DNA of 64,000 nucleotides from Camelus dromedarius (lineage: Eukaryota): positions 99,264,001-99,328,000 of the forward strand of contig NC_087472.1 of NCBI RefSeq assembly GCF_036321535.1, in the 5' to 3' direction. This document shows positions 12,401 through 23,835 of the stretch, piece after piece. A model generated the notes under the pieces. That model saw only the letters and a list, made by a program, of their open reading frames with translations. It had not been told where the DNA came from and made no database searches. A program made the position numbers and the translations under genes. The stretch's first letter is position 1. Every line of letters begins with the position of its first letter.

Positions 12401-13605
12401 CTCAGATGGAGATTTGGTTTGAGAAACGAGCAGGCAAGTAAAACCTCTCTCCGCTTGGAAAGAGATTGTGATAAGAAAAAAGGGACTGGAATTGTAGTCA
12501 TTTTTCACCCACGTGATTTGAGTCGATCCTAAGTAGGTCGTTGCACTTTGCCTCTGCTCCACATTCTGTTGATGCTCATTCAATTATGGGCAGATGACAA
12601 CAATGATTGAGCATTGCTTTTAAGTGGAAATATTTTCCTACCAAGATATTCACGCACATATTTAGTATGTAAGAAAAATCCTCTCTCATTTTAAGAATCA
12701 AATTTATATTATATGGATGTTCTCTTGTTGTTATAGGTTTAAGATAGCATTGCATTGTAGAAAGATCATTAGAATTTGAAAAGGGAGAGCAAAGAGGGAG
12801 GAGATAGAGAATGGAAGATGGGAAGGGAAAGAAAAGAAAAAGAGAGGAAAAAAGAAAAATAGAACATGAAAAAGTCCAGGAATATTTAAGAGTACGAGAG
12901 AGAGCAAGTCCTACCCTAAGAGCGAGTGTCAGCTCCCTGCTGCTAATCGTCCATTAGAGAGGGCTAGTTAGAGGAAGCACACGGCTTCTGGGAGCTCCTC
13001 GGAATCTGAGGTTAGAGGGATTCCAACTATGCACAGCCCCCTCCCCACCGGGAATCGTCACTGACAATAATGTAATAATGAGACTGACAGTGATGTAATG
13101 GGAAGTGTCACTGATGTGAGGGTGTCATACATGAGGATCACGTGGAGAGAGAATAGGCTGAGGACGCCTGGAAATAAGCAAGAGAGAAAGAAATGAATCC
13201 CTTCACTGCAAATGAAAGACACCAAAAACACACTTGAAGGTGAAATCTAGAAACTCTCCAAGAGGAAAGTCAACCCAGTAATTAAGTCACCGAATACCTA
13301 CAATAGCCCCATCCCCAACAATATAGAAAAACAATTCCTTGTTAATAATGAAGAAAGGTGTGTCATTTGCAGGGACAATTGGTTATTATGTGGCAGTCAC
13401 TCAGCACAGAGCTGGCAGGCTATGACAAGCCTTCAGAGATTCTTGTTATGTAAATGTGGGCGGGTGGCAGCTGGCTTTTGGCTCAGTGATGATATTTTCA
13501 GTATTTTTTTTTTGATTAATAATTTCTAAATTCTGCAGCCAAGGCTTTGCAAACATCTGACTTCTGATTTGTGTTCAACCTACAAAGTTCTGAACCTCTT
13601 TACAG

Positions 13606-13742
13606 GCTGCCTTTGTTGTAGCTGCTGTTGACGGTGGAGGTCTTGGTGGTATTTTGTTGTTGACAACGATGAGGTTGTCAATGAGGTTGTACAAATAAAG
13701 GAGACAAAAGGAGTTGGTCTTTGTACACTGCAGCAGTTTCTG
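13606..13742 (+). other. Candidate non-coding exon (137 nt)
   Basis: Acceptor cctctttacag and donor CTG|gtaagg; stops in all three frames. Confidence 0.3.
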
Positions 13743-13772
13743 GTAAGGATTAATTTTATAAACAGGGTTTTG

Positions 13773-13786
13773 CTGCCATCTAGTGG
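13773..13786 (-). promoter_or_regulatory. CTCF motif (strong)
   Basis: Minus strand reads CCACTAGATGGCAG(CA), a near-consensus match. Confidence 0.7.
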
Positions 13787-13994
13787 TTATTTTGGAGAAC
13801 TGTCTTATTCTTGACAAGTGAAATTCGTTGAACTTTAAGGTTAAACGCCCCAAAGCTGTGCAGAAAGCTAGTGATTAAATACTAATGCTGCTGTTTTTAG
13901 AATACTGCTAATAATTATATTACCCTGCCACTGGTATGTTCCCAGTATACTGAAGGAATCAGCTACTTCAATTGCTGTAAATTAAGCCAAGAAC

Positions 13995-14250
13995 AATAAT
14001 AAGAATAGTTAATATTTATGTAATGCCTGCTACATGCCAGACGTCGATCTAAGTGCTTTACATGTTTCAACTCACCTAATGTTCTCAATAACCCTATGAG
14101 GTACTTATTCTAGCCTCATTTCACAGAAGAGGGAGCTGAGGCTCAGAGAGGTTATGTCACTCCCCTAGAGTCACACAGAGTAAATGCTGGAGCCAGGCTT
14201 TGAACCAGGCCGGCTGGCTGGAGCCTGCTGTCTTACCACCATGCACTCCT
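13995..14250 (-). mobile_element. MIR SINE (near full length)
   Basis: tacatgccagac...ctaagtgctttacatg...aaccctatgaggta...ctgaggctcagagaggttatgtcac...ggctttgaaccaggc. Confidence 0.9.
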
Positions 14251-15725
14251 GTGACAAGCGCAGTAGAAGGAGTGGGTAGTGAGTACAGGAAATGAGCCAC
14301 GGCAGGATGGGAGCAAGAAGTGTGAGTCGGGGAGTGAGCCAAAGTGCAATTAGGGGGTAGAGTTAATAGCACTTGGTGGACAATTGGTTGGGGAGGAGAG
14401 GTGGAAGGAAGATGGGAGAGTTTCTGGCTAAGCAAAATGGGAGATGATAATTAATCCAGACAGTGAATTTTGAAGTAGGCGTAAATGGGAGGAGAATGAA
14501 TGAAGATGAGACTCTCATTTCTTGTTTAGAGGCTTCGAAGTGATGAGAAGTAAACATACTTCAATGAAAAATGTGAACTTTAGGAAAAGATCTCTGAATG
14601 ATTAAGAAAACTCTTCCTTCATATTGTGAACCATTGACTTGAGTGAGGCATGAGGCTAAACTAACCTAATAGGGCTTTGGAACACCTTTGATGTTTCTGA
14701 AATGAAAAACAGCTGTCATGAGCTATACTTATAAATAAATGTTGAAATGTTTTACTACAGAGCATACCGAAAGTGCCTAATGTGGGGCCCCAAGTGATAT
14801 GTTCTCAGGAAACTTTTCATAGAGCTTTATTAAAGCTGGAGGGACCTTGGAGTTCACATATTGCAGCCTCCTCATTTTGCAAATAAAGGAAGTTATGTCA
14901 AGGGAAATTAATATTGTTGAGTGCCTACATTATAATAAGGAGCTGAAGTAGTCATTGTGTGAGATAAAAAGAAGTGTAATATGGAGATCTTGTTCTCAAG
15001 AAGTTTACGCTTTAGTTGGGGAGATAACAAAATAGCATACAAAATAGTTGCCCTTCTGATCTGCTCAGAGCCCATTCCTTTCTTTTGGTTGCAGCACTCT
15101 GAACTGCTTTGGGGAAACCATTCCTCCTCCGCTTTCAGTGGTTTACCTGGGGCTGACCTCACCCCTGGTTCCAGGTGATACAACGTAGCCAATACAAGTA
15201 GTAGCCTGTTTCCATGGTAATAACAATTGATACAGGGATGGGCTCAATGCACAGGCCAGTCAATAAAAGCAAATTAGCGTCAGGCCAGGAGTTTGTTTGG
15301 TTTTTTTTTAATAACTTTTAAGAAGAAGTGCTCTCTTTACACTTTGGTTGCCAGGCTGATAGGAGGTCAGTCTAGACCTGCTGGAGGCAACTGTGTGAAG
15401 AGAGTGTCCTAGGAATGATGCTGCCAGTGGAAGGCAGCCTGAGAGGAGAAAAGACTGTGAAAGTGGATGGCAGTGTGTGAGCCTCTAAATCAGCTGCCCT
15501 AGAACTTTTCAGATTCAGCATCCTCTTTACCGTGGCTTCTCCATCCCTCAGCTCTTTGTTGTAATCATCCTCATAATTAACAGAATTTCCTCACTGAGAA
15601 GTTATATTCCCTGGTTCCCTGAGGTCTGAATGACAGTTAGCTGGGTATAATACTCTTATGTCCCATTTTCTTCCCCACAGAACTTTGTAGATATTATTCC
15701 TTTGTTTTCTGACATTAGATGTGGC

Positions 15726-15882
15726 TTAGGACTTGCCAGATAAAATACAGAATGCACGGTTAAATTTGAATTTCAGATGAACAATGAATTTTTTTGTATA
15801 ATTCTGTTCCAAATGTTGCATCTAAATTTTAAAATATAACTGGGCATCCTGCATTTTTATTTGCTGCATTGGACAACCCTAA
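15726..15882. mobile_element. MER53-like hAT MITE (internally deleted)
   Basis: ttaggacttgccagataaaatacag...gttaaatttgaatttcagat...aactgggcatcctgcatttttatttgct...caaccctaa, with imperfect terminal inverted repeats. Confidence 0.85.
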
Positions 15883-17549
15883 TGAAGCTGTGGAAAAGTT
15901 GAAGGAAAGTCTGATTACTCTCCCACTTCCTTACCTCATAGATGACTTGGGTTTGTTTTTTTTTTAATTACCTGAACACCGAAATTTCTTCTTTAAACTT
16001 GAAGTTCGGTATTGAATATCAATTGTTCTCTATCTTTTTTCCCCTGGTACAAAGGATACCCTTTTGATATTAATATTTCCTTTTCCCTGCATGTCAGGAA
16101 CACCATTGTCCCGTATGTTGGATTACTCTGTCTTCCACATCTATCATCTTTTTTCCTATTCACCTTTTCACCTCTGTGTCTGAGACTGTCTCAGATATTT
16201 TCCCATGCCTGTTTTCAACCCTAAATATTGTTCTCCTTGCTGTCTAAACTTCATTTTTAGAAGTACAATGGTAAACCAATTTCCTAACCTCTGCAGTCTT
16301 CCTTTCCTCATTCTGTTGTTTTATCATCTCATCTACTACTTCTTGTTTCATTGAATTTATATTCTTACAAAGCCTTTTATAATCTGGACTACACATGAGG
16401 AATAGCCTCCTTATTCTTCCGGATTCCAGAAGGGGGCCTTCTATTTTTCATTTATTACTGTTCCTTTGTTTACAACTACCTTCCTTCTATTGTTGAGTTA
16501 TCTCTCTGTCTACCCATTTATTTTGCTATAATATGATTGCATGGTTTCCCTGACATTTTATTTCATCTTGTTAATGCTGCATATGAGTAGCTTTGGGCAA
16601 ATCTGTCTGCTCAGAAGTTGTGTGGGTAAATTTTAATCGCTACCTTTCCCACTTTATACAGGGCGAGTCTGTCCTCCTTTTTGGAGGCCTGGATGTTGCA
16701 TTCTCTCGTATAGGTGGAAGCCGTACTAAAAAGACAAGGGAGATAATTCACCTGGAACTGAGTTCACCTCTTGCTAGGGAACTTGAAATCCGCTTTTTCC
16801 TCTGAGGCCTTATTAAATTTCCAATGCTGGAGTCCATTTTACCATCACGTTTGAAAGGAATTTAGAGATAACAAAGCCTTCTATACCTTAGGGAGTTAAT
16901 TTAAGGAGATAACATAAATCCTTTTTTTTTTTTTTAACAGAAAAAGTGTTAGAAACTGCTTAGCACCATTCTCAGCCTGGCACAACTACAAGTTGCATGG
17001 AATTTCTTTCTCTTTCATTCAGATTTCAACATGAAAGTTTTGAAATGTACGTGAGCATGGAGAGAGGGAAGGCAAGGCGGAGAGTGACTTCACGACCTCT
17101 CCGTTTTAGGTAGGTACGCGCAGTGCATGCTCGCTGCCTGGAGGGAGGCTACAGCTGGAGTTCCGCAGGTCAAAAGGATCACAATTATCAGTATAGTAGA
17201 CATTATATGTCTGCTTTGTTTTCAAACCAAATTAATTTCATGTGATTATTACAGCATTTCACATGCAGCTTTAGGGATAGGCCCTAACATCCACAATCAA
17301 TTTTTATCTCTCTCTACTTCTCTACATAAACTGTCCACTTCACCAATGTGGCCAACTCGCCATGACCTGAATAAGTTTTGAATTTAGTCTCTGAAATTTG
17401 GCTTCTGTCATGCCACTCTTCTGAAGTACCTCCTCTTGCCCATTCTTACGCAGCCTTTAAGATTCAGCTAAAATTCCACCTCCTTCATAAAGCTTCCTCT
17501 GGTTGTGCCAGTCTAAAGTGATTGCTCCCACTCTCCGAGAATGTGTTAC

Positions 17550-18470
17550 TTTCTGAGTAAACTCTTCGGCTCTTCTGTTTCACTAATTCACTCTTCAGCT
17601 CTGTCTAATTTGTGGTTTAATCTATCCACCAAATTTGTATTTTAATGACTACATTTTTTCATTTCAAAACAAATCAATGAGTTCTTTTCCAAGTCTGCAT
17701 GGTTTTTTTTGGTAGTACTCTAATATTTTATATTTTTTTTAGAAAATATGTTTAGTCATACTTCATAGTATATATTTAATAAATCTCATCATCTGAAGGA
17801 CTTGAGGGTCTAGTCTAACTGTTGGTTTTATTAGCTACCAATGTATCTTGGTTTTTTTTTTTTTGGATGGTGAGCTTAAGTTTAGTGGGTCTTTATCTGC
17901 AGGAATCCTTTGTGGTCTGGACTGAGGGTGTGACTGACTCTCCAGACAAGATTGGCGTTTACTTCTACCAGGGGAATCACTGGATGGGGACCACTTTTTG
18001 TGTTCATTTCATGCTTGGCTTTTACTGGACCATAAAGGGAGTATATATTTGAACCAGAAATACAACTGAGAGCAAAACTTAGGTCTCAACTTTTCAGGTG
18101 GGAGACCTAGGGAACAGGGTGATTGTCTTCCTGGCAGTGGGTAGATTTGCTTCTGTTCCACCCTTTCACTGTGGCTTAGCCCTTTGAGGGTTGTAGCTTT
18201 ATGCAGTCACTCCTCTGGACTGACATGTAGGTGCTTGTCCCCATTTGTCAGTTAAGACCCAATCGCCTTGGTTACAGAAACCAGCAAAACCCACCACCCT
18301 CAAGCCCTGAACAGCAAGAGCTTCAGCTCCCCTTATACTCCTTTTTCAGTTTTCCTCTCCATTTCTGGCTCTTGAGGAGAATTCCTTTAGTTTCCTTTTA
18401 TCTCAGTTTTATATAAAAAAGAATTTGTATTATATTTCATCAATTATCTTGGTGTTTTGTGTTGAAAAGG
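17550..18470 (-). mobile_element. Ancient L1/HAL1 5'-region fragment
   Basis: ttcactcttcagctctgtctaatttgtggtttaatctatcc...tttttcatttc, typical of old L1 ORF1 on the minus strand. Similar decayed sequence lies at about 15.55-16.8 kb. Confidence 0.5.
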
Positions 18471-19914
18471 TTAACATTGCCTAATACAACACATTATAAG
18501 AAATGGAAGTTTACAATTGATTCAATAATTAATCATAGAAAGCCTTGTGACAGATCTCCTATTGCTGTCTTGACCTATTATTTAAATCTTAAGAATTTTT
18601 TTTACACATTTTCTCCTCAAATAAATTACCAAACTAAAAATGAAGCCAGGAATTGTATCTCACAGTTCTTTTTATTTGTAATAGTGTTTTGCCTAGCACA
18701 GCTCCAGGTTAATTGGTAGAAAATAAATTAGTTGAAAATGTTTGGTTAAACAAAACTAGTCAAAAACACAAATTGATTAAAAATTAAACCAAATATTCTG
18801 TTTGCTTTTTTCAAATATTGATAATTTGATGAACCATTAATAATAGAGAAGTATTTATAGAATGGAGATAGAAAGTTGAACAAAACTTGTGGAGAGTACA
18901 ACACAGAGTAGGTTTATAGTTCTTTAAATGTTTTAAAGCATATTCACGCATTTATTCTCCAGAAGTTTAAGTCTTCACACACACTGCTTTGTTTTTTATT
19001 TATAGTTCATTTTCATCCACTTATTCCTGCTATGCTGGTTTGCAAATGCTTTAATAAATTGTTACATTTGCCCCAGGTCTAAATGAATTGTCTATGAGCC
19101 AATAAGTGTAAAAATTAACATTTACAATATTCAGTTCATGTTTTTGTAATTTCTGTACAACCTAGAATAATTGCACAAATTTTAAACACACTCATCAAAG
19201 TCATTTTGTCTGCCTTCTCATTAGCCTTTTCATCTATTTTTCAACCATCACCATTCCCTTATTATATCTAACATGTTTTTACTATCTTTGTATAAACATT
19301 TATTTTATATTTAACATTTTCGTAGCTGTATTTGACAGTTTGTAGCTAGCATTCATACAGTGTTTGCTGTCCGGATTGAAGCTGTAATACAGAGCGTGTG
19401 CAGCCACAATGTGAATGCAAGGACAAGCTTCGGGTGGCTTATGCTGCTGGCCTGAAGGCAGATCGATCTGATGTTTGCCCTGCTGCTAGACAGGAGACAG
19501 AAATCTCTCCCTGGATTTTGAAAAAGATAGAAAAACTGTATCTAAACATTGATCTGCATATGATTTCCATGGGCTTTGGGCCATCATTAATCAATGTAAC
19601 TAGTTATATTTTGAGGTCAATGAAAAATAAGCCTCAATCTTCTCTGATGGAAGGCCACTTTACCAGCTGACAGTTCATACCTCTACGCACAACTCCTCAA
19701 AGAATTAGAAATTTTTAAACTAGAGTGAAAATTTCTCTAATTCTGAAAAATGAAAAAAATACTTAAAGTCACATAAAAATTTGCAAAACTCATCCCAGAG
19801 TGCTCAAAAATGTTTGATTGGTGAAAATCAATCATTGGGAGTAATTATTTCAACAATTTGCATTCAACAAAATGGTCTAGGACTGTCTACTAATAACAGC
19901 TAGCATTTATGAAC

Positions 19915-20418
19915 TGTAGCAGTGTTGCCCTTCCCATATACTCCTTTTACGACATGCCTTGGACACCCCTCTCGTTGAGTGTTGGGGCATCACGTTGCCT
20001 TCCCTTGAATCTGGGAAGGAAGTGATGCTGTGTGACCTCTGAAGCTAAGTCATCAAAGTTCATACAGCTTCCACCTGATTCTCCTGAGTTGCTCATGCTG
20101 TGAGGAAACCCAGACTAGCTTACTCAGAGAGATCACATGGCCTCGCTGGTGTTCTAGCTGATAGCCTGGATGCGGTCCCACCAAAGCCAGCAATAACCAG
20201 CAGACACATAAGTCAAGGTGCCCTGAAGCAATTCCATGCCCCAGCTGTAGAGTCAATCCCAGCCTTTGAGTGTTGCAGCTGAGGCCCCAGACATGTGGTA
20301 CCATCTCCGCTGTGCCGTCTGAATTCCAGACCCAAAGAATCCTTAAGCATAATAAAATAGTCGTTTTATACCCCTATGTTTGGGGTGGTTTGTTACGCAT
20401 TGGTAGATAACCAGGATA
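19915..20418 (+). mobile_element. MaLR solo LTR (MLT1F/G/H-like)
   Basis: ccttcccttgaatctggg...gtgatgctgtgtgacctctgaagctaagtcat...aataaaatagtcgtttta...tttggggtggtttgttacgcattggtagataaccag. Confidence 0.88.
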
Positions 20419-20947
20419 TAGCTTTACTTGAATGTGGTCTAAAAGGATGGTGAAGAAGACAAATCATCTCACGATAGAATTTCAGGCAGCACATTTCTTT
20501 GCCTGCTTTGGAAAGGAAAATGGCCTGAACTCAGCAGCTGCACAAAATCCTTGGCACTAAAGATCTGAGTAAACATGACCTAAAGGAAACAAAATTGGTA
20601 GACTGGTTGCAAGGTTTGGGAAATGGATACATGGATGAGTTTCTCTGAGTGCGCTAAGAAGCTGAGACTATTTCTAGCCAGTGTGAATGGTCACCCGAAG
20701 GCCCCGATAGCTTTGTGTACCTGTTGTTGTCAGCTTGACTTCATTCCCAGACCAGAGCTTGCTCAGAGGCCCGATGATGGTCAGGAGGGAGCCTACACCT
20801 GGGGACAAGAAAAAGTGTGATCTCTCTCCACCAAGGCTCAATGCCCTATTTTCCAGAAACCTTTTTCTTTTGCAACCCACAAGGCTTGCATCTTTTTTAA
20901 GGAATTGATTGTTCTCTAAAGAGAGGAAGAAGCTCTCTTAATTATGT

Positions 20948-21026
20948 TTAGTTTGAATCATATGAAATTGTTATTTTTGTAAGTTAAAATGGCAGAATAT
21001 TAGCAATTTCATATGGTTCAACCTAA
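20948..21026. mobile_element. MADE2-like mariner MITE (about 80 bp)
   Basis: Terminal inverted repeats ttagtttgaatcatatgaaattg ... caatttcatatggttcaacctaa. Confidence 0.9.
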
Positions 21027-21383
21027 TATTTAAGAGGTTCTTTTTTAAGGCTGGATGAGTAAAATAGCCGATAAAAAAAACAAAGCAAATTATTGATCTG
21101 TGTGCATAGTGCCCAAGATCGATTCAAGTTCTCTGTCAGTGGAGAAGTGAGCTTATGTCTTTATTCAATGACACAGTCTTCTTAGTTATATAAAAATGCT
21201 GACTGTAATGTCAGTCAAACAATGCCTCGTGAAAGCTTAGTCATGTAGGAGGATTGAGAAAATGAAGGGAGAAGGAGGATGAAGTGACTGGTAGAATTAA
21301 AAGGGAATCAATTTCTGCCACCATGAAGGACACACCTGATCACTTTACTAAATTTGAAGACAATGAAGTACAGAAGCACTTAC

Positions 21384-21508
21384 CTGTCTGAGTCATGGGT
21401 GAGGTGGAAGACAGTAATTGCAATACTTTTTTTATGTCTTTCCCGAAATTTGTCTCCGAAGATAATGGCAAGGTTATTAGAAGAAGGTAACATTTTCTTT
21501 CCAGTCAT
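21384..21508 (-). other. Candidate exon (125 nt) with strong splice signals
   Basis: Acceptor cttcacgcttccctttctttatttccag and consensus donor CAG|gtaagt. One frame is open: MTGKKMLPSSNNLAIIFGDKFRERHKKSIAITVFHLTHDSD. No homolog recognised. Confidence 0.55.
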
Positions 21509-21942
21509 CTGGAAATAAAGAAAGGGAAGCGTGAAGCTTCTCAAGCACAGCATACTTTGCTGTGTCTTGACCAAGAAGAGCCTTTGGAATGTGCCAGGCC
21601 ATATCTCATTTCAGTACACCAAGCACCAAGCACCAAGCAAAATGCACTTGGGGAAAATCTACTCAGCGGAGGACACGCACTCACACCACATTATCTTAAT
21701 TTCTCCTTCTCGTTCCCCCACGGCATTCAAATTCAAAATTCAAATAGTATTTGTTGGCAGCTGTCCTAGACTCTTGGGAAACATCAGTGCACACAACACA
21801 CGAAGTGGGAGCTCCTCCGGAACTGGCTTTGTGGAACTGGGGAGGAGCTGGATAACAAAATCATGAATACATAAGTACATTTGTAATATATGTTTAAAGG
21901 TCATAAGAGCTATGCAGGAAAGAAAGAAAGAGAAGAAAGGAG

Positions 21943-22018
21943 AAGGAAGGAAGGAAGGAAGGAAGGAAGGAAGGAAGGAAGGAAGGAAGGAAGGAAGGAA
22001 GGAAGGAAGGAAGGAAGG
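21943..22018 (+). repeat. (AAGG)19 microsatellite
   Basis: Perfect tetranucleotide repeat, 76 bp. Confidence 0.98.
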
Positions 22019-22049
22019 AGAAAAGCAAGAGAAAGGGTTTCAAGAGTTC

Positions 22050-22670
22050 AGGACCTGAATAGCAGAAGGCAGGGTGCAATTTAAAATCAGGTGGTCAAGG
22101 CGGAGCTTATTGAAAAGGTGAAATTTGATCAAAGATGTGAAGAAAGTGAGAGTTAGCCAAAGCAAGAGAACATCTCTAGTGTGTTCTTTGAAAAGAAGGG
22201 AGGCCAGTAAGGCTGGAGTGGAGAGAGCAAGGAGAGTGGGATGATCAGAGAGGTCATGGGAAGCCAGGTCAAGGAGCACCTTACGACTTAGAGAGATTGC
22301 GGTCCCAGGGGCAGCAGTATCAAGCTGGGGTTGGTTAGAAATGCAGAATCTGCCGCCCCAGACCGTACTGTGTCACAGTCTGTGTTTTCACAAGATCCCC
22401 AGGTCACACAGAGGTGTGTGGAAGTTTGACAAGCGCTGATGTTGAGCCTTAGAGGCTTTTGTTAGCACATGGATTTCGAGTGTGAGAGAAAAGGGAGTCA
22501 TTGCCTGGTTTTGAGCAGAGGAGTCACAAGCTCTGCCTTGTGTTTAAAAGATCGCTGTGGCTTGTGTGTTGGGAAGAGCCTGTAGGATCGCAGCAGAGGG
22601 AGCAGTCAGGACGAGGTGACCGTGACCTCCGGGTAAGATGACAGGGTTGGGACCAGAGTGCTGGAGGCAG
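22050..22670 (-). mobile_element. L2 fragment interrupted by a MER5A-like MITE
   Basis: ggaggccagtaaggctggagtggagagagcaagg...ggttttgagcagaggagtcac...tttaaaagatcgctgtggct. Confidence 0.75.
22290..22438. mobile_element. MER5A-like hAT-Charlie MITE
   Basis: ggttagaaatgcagaatct...gccccagacc...caagatccccagg...aagtttgacaagcgctg. Confidence 0.8.
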
Positions 22671-23289
22671 GGATAGAGAGCCCCCAGCAAATGGCCTGAT
22701 CCCACGACCTCTCCAGCCCCTCTCCTCCTCTCCAGTTCCCCTTCTTTGGCTTTGATTCGGGCACACGGGTCAGTTATACATCGAAGGATTAGAAAATGCT
22801 TCAGAAGGAAGCACTACCTTAAAGAGGGCACTGGGTGCTGTGGGAACAGGTGAGGGCCTGGCACAGTTCCCACCGTAGCCGGAGGAGTCTTCCAGAGGAG
22901 ATGCTTGAGCTGAGGGTAGGAGGAGTGGGAATTCAGCTAGGAAGAGGCAGAAAAGAGGAAAAGGACATTCTGGGAAGAAAGAGCAACATATGTGAAGACT
23001 CAGATGTGAGGCACACTTTGCCTGAACAAAACAGCGGGGTGGGGGCCCTGGCAGGAAACGAGACTGGAGAACTAACCCGATCCTGGGGTACCTCGTGCGC
23101 CACAGTAAGGAGTTTGAAATATCCAGAAAGCTCTGAAAACATCATGTCCGGTTTCAAGGTGGGAGTAGGTTGTACATCTTAGAAATAGCATGTAGGAAAC
23201 AATGGGAAGGATAGATGAGAAGGAGATGAGCCTGGAAACGGGGAGCACAGTCCTCGGGCAATAAAGAATGGGCGTAACTCATCCCCGGA

Positions 23290-23835
23290 GCCAAAGCTCA
23301 GGATCGGCGGTCAGAAGCCAGAGCCCAGACCCGGCTGCCGTCCGTAAGCTTAATCACTAGGCAAGTTTCTAAACTTTTCCAACATCGATTTTTCTTCCAT
23401 GAGATTGGGTATTCCTCATTTCCTTGATAATCTCTCAGACTGCCGTTGAATCAAATGAGATGCTGTATATAAAGCACTTGGCTGGCAATAAATATTCAAC
23501 AAATTGCCTTATAAGAGCATTCATTCCAAGAGATCCTAATTTGCAGCCAATCTAGTCTAGCCCAGAAGTGATCTGGTCCATTCATTTCTGTACGAAGACA
23601 CAGAGGCACACAGAGAAATTATTTGTTTAAGGATAGACTTCTAGCTAGTAAAGTGTCAGGACACAAGTCCAACACATTTTTCCATCGTGGTGTCCTCTGT
23701 CTCAGTCATATTCGTTAGATGGGGATGACAACAGCATCTACCTCATAGGGAAACAGAGTAAGTTACACAGAACACTCAGCACAGTTCCAGGCACCATCAT
23801 AATAAGCATTGATTAAATGCTAGCTATTGTTACTA
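23290..23835 (+). mobile_element. Cluster of MIR fragments
   Basis: ctaggcaagtttctaaac...aatcaaatgagatgctgtatataaagcactt; atggggatgacaacagcatctacctcataggg...aaatgctagctattgtt. Confidence 0.7.

Noticed and set aside
21890..22084. ORFs with RKEG / FLPS repeats
   Set aside because: These are translations of the (AAGG)n microsatellite.
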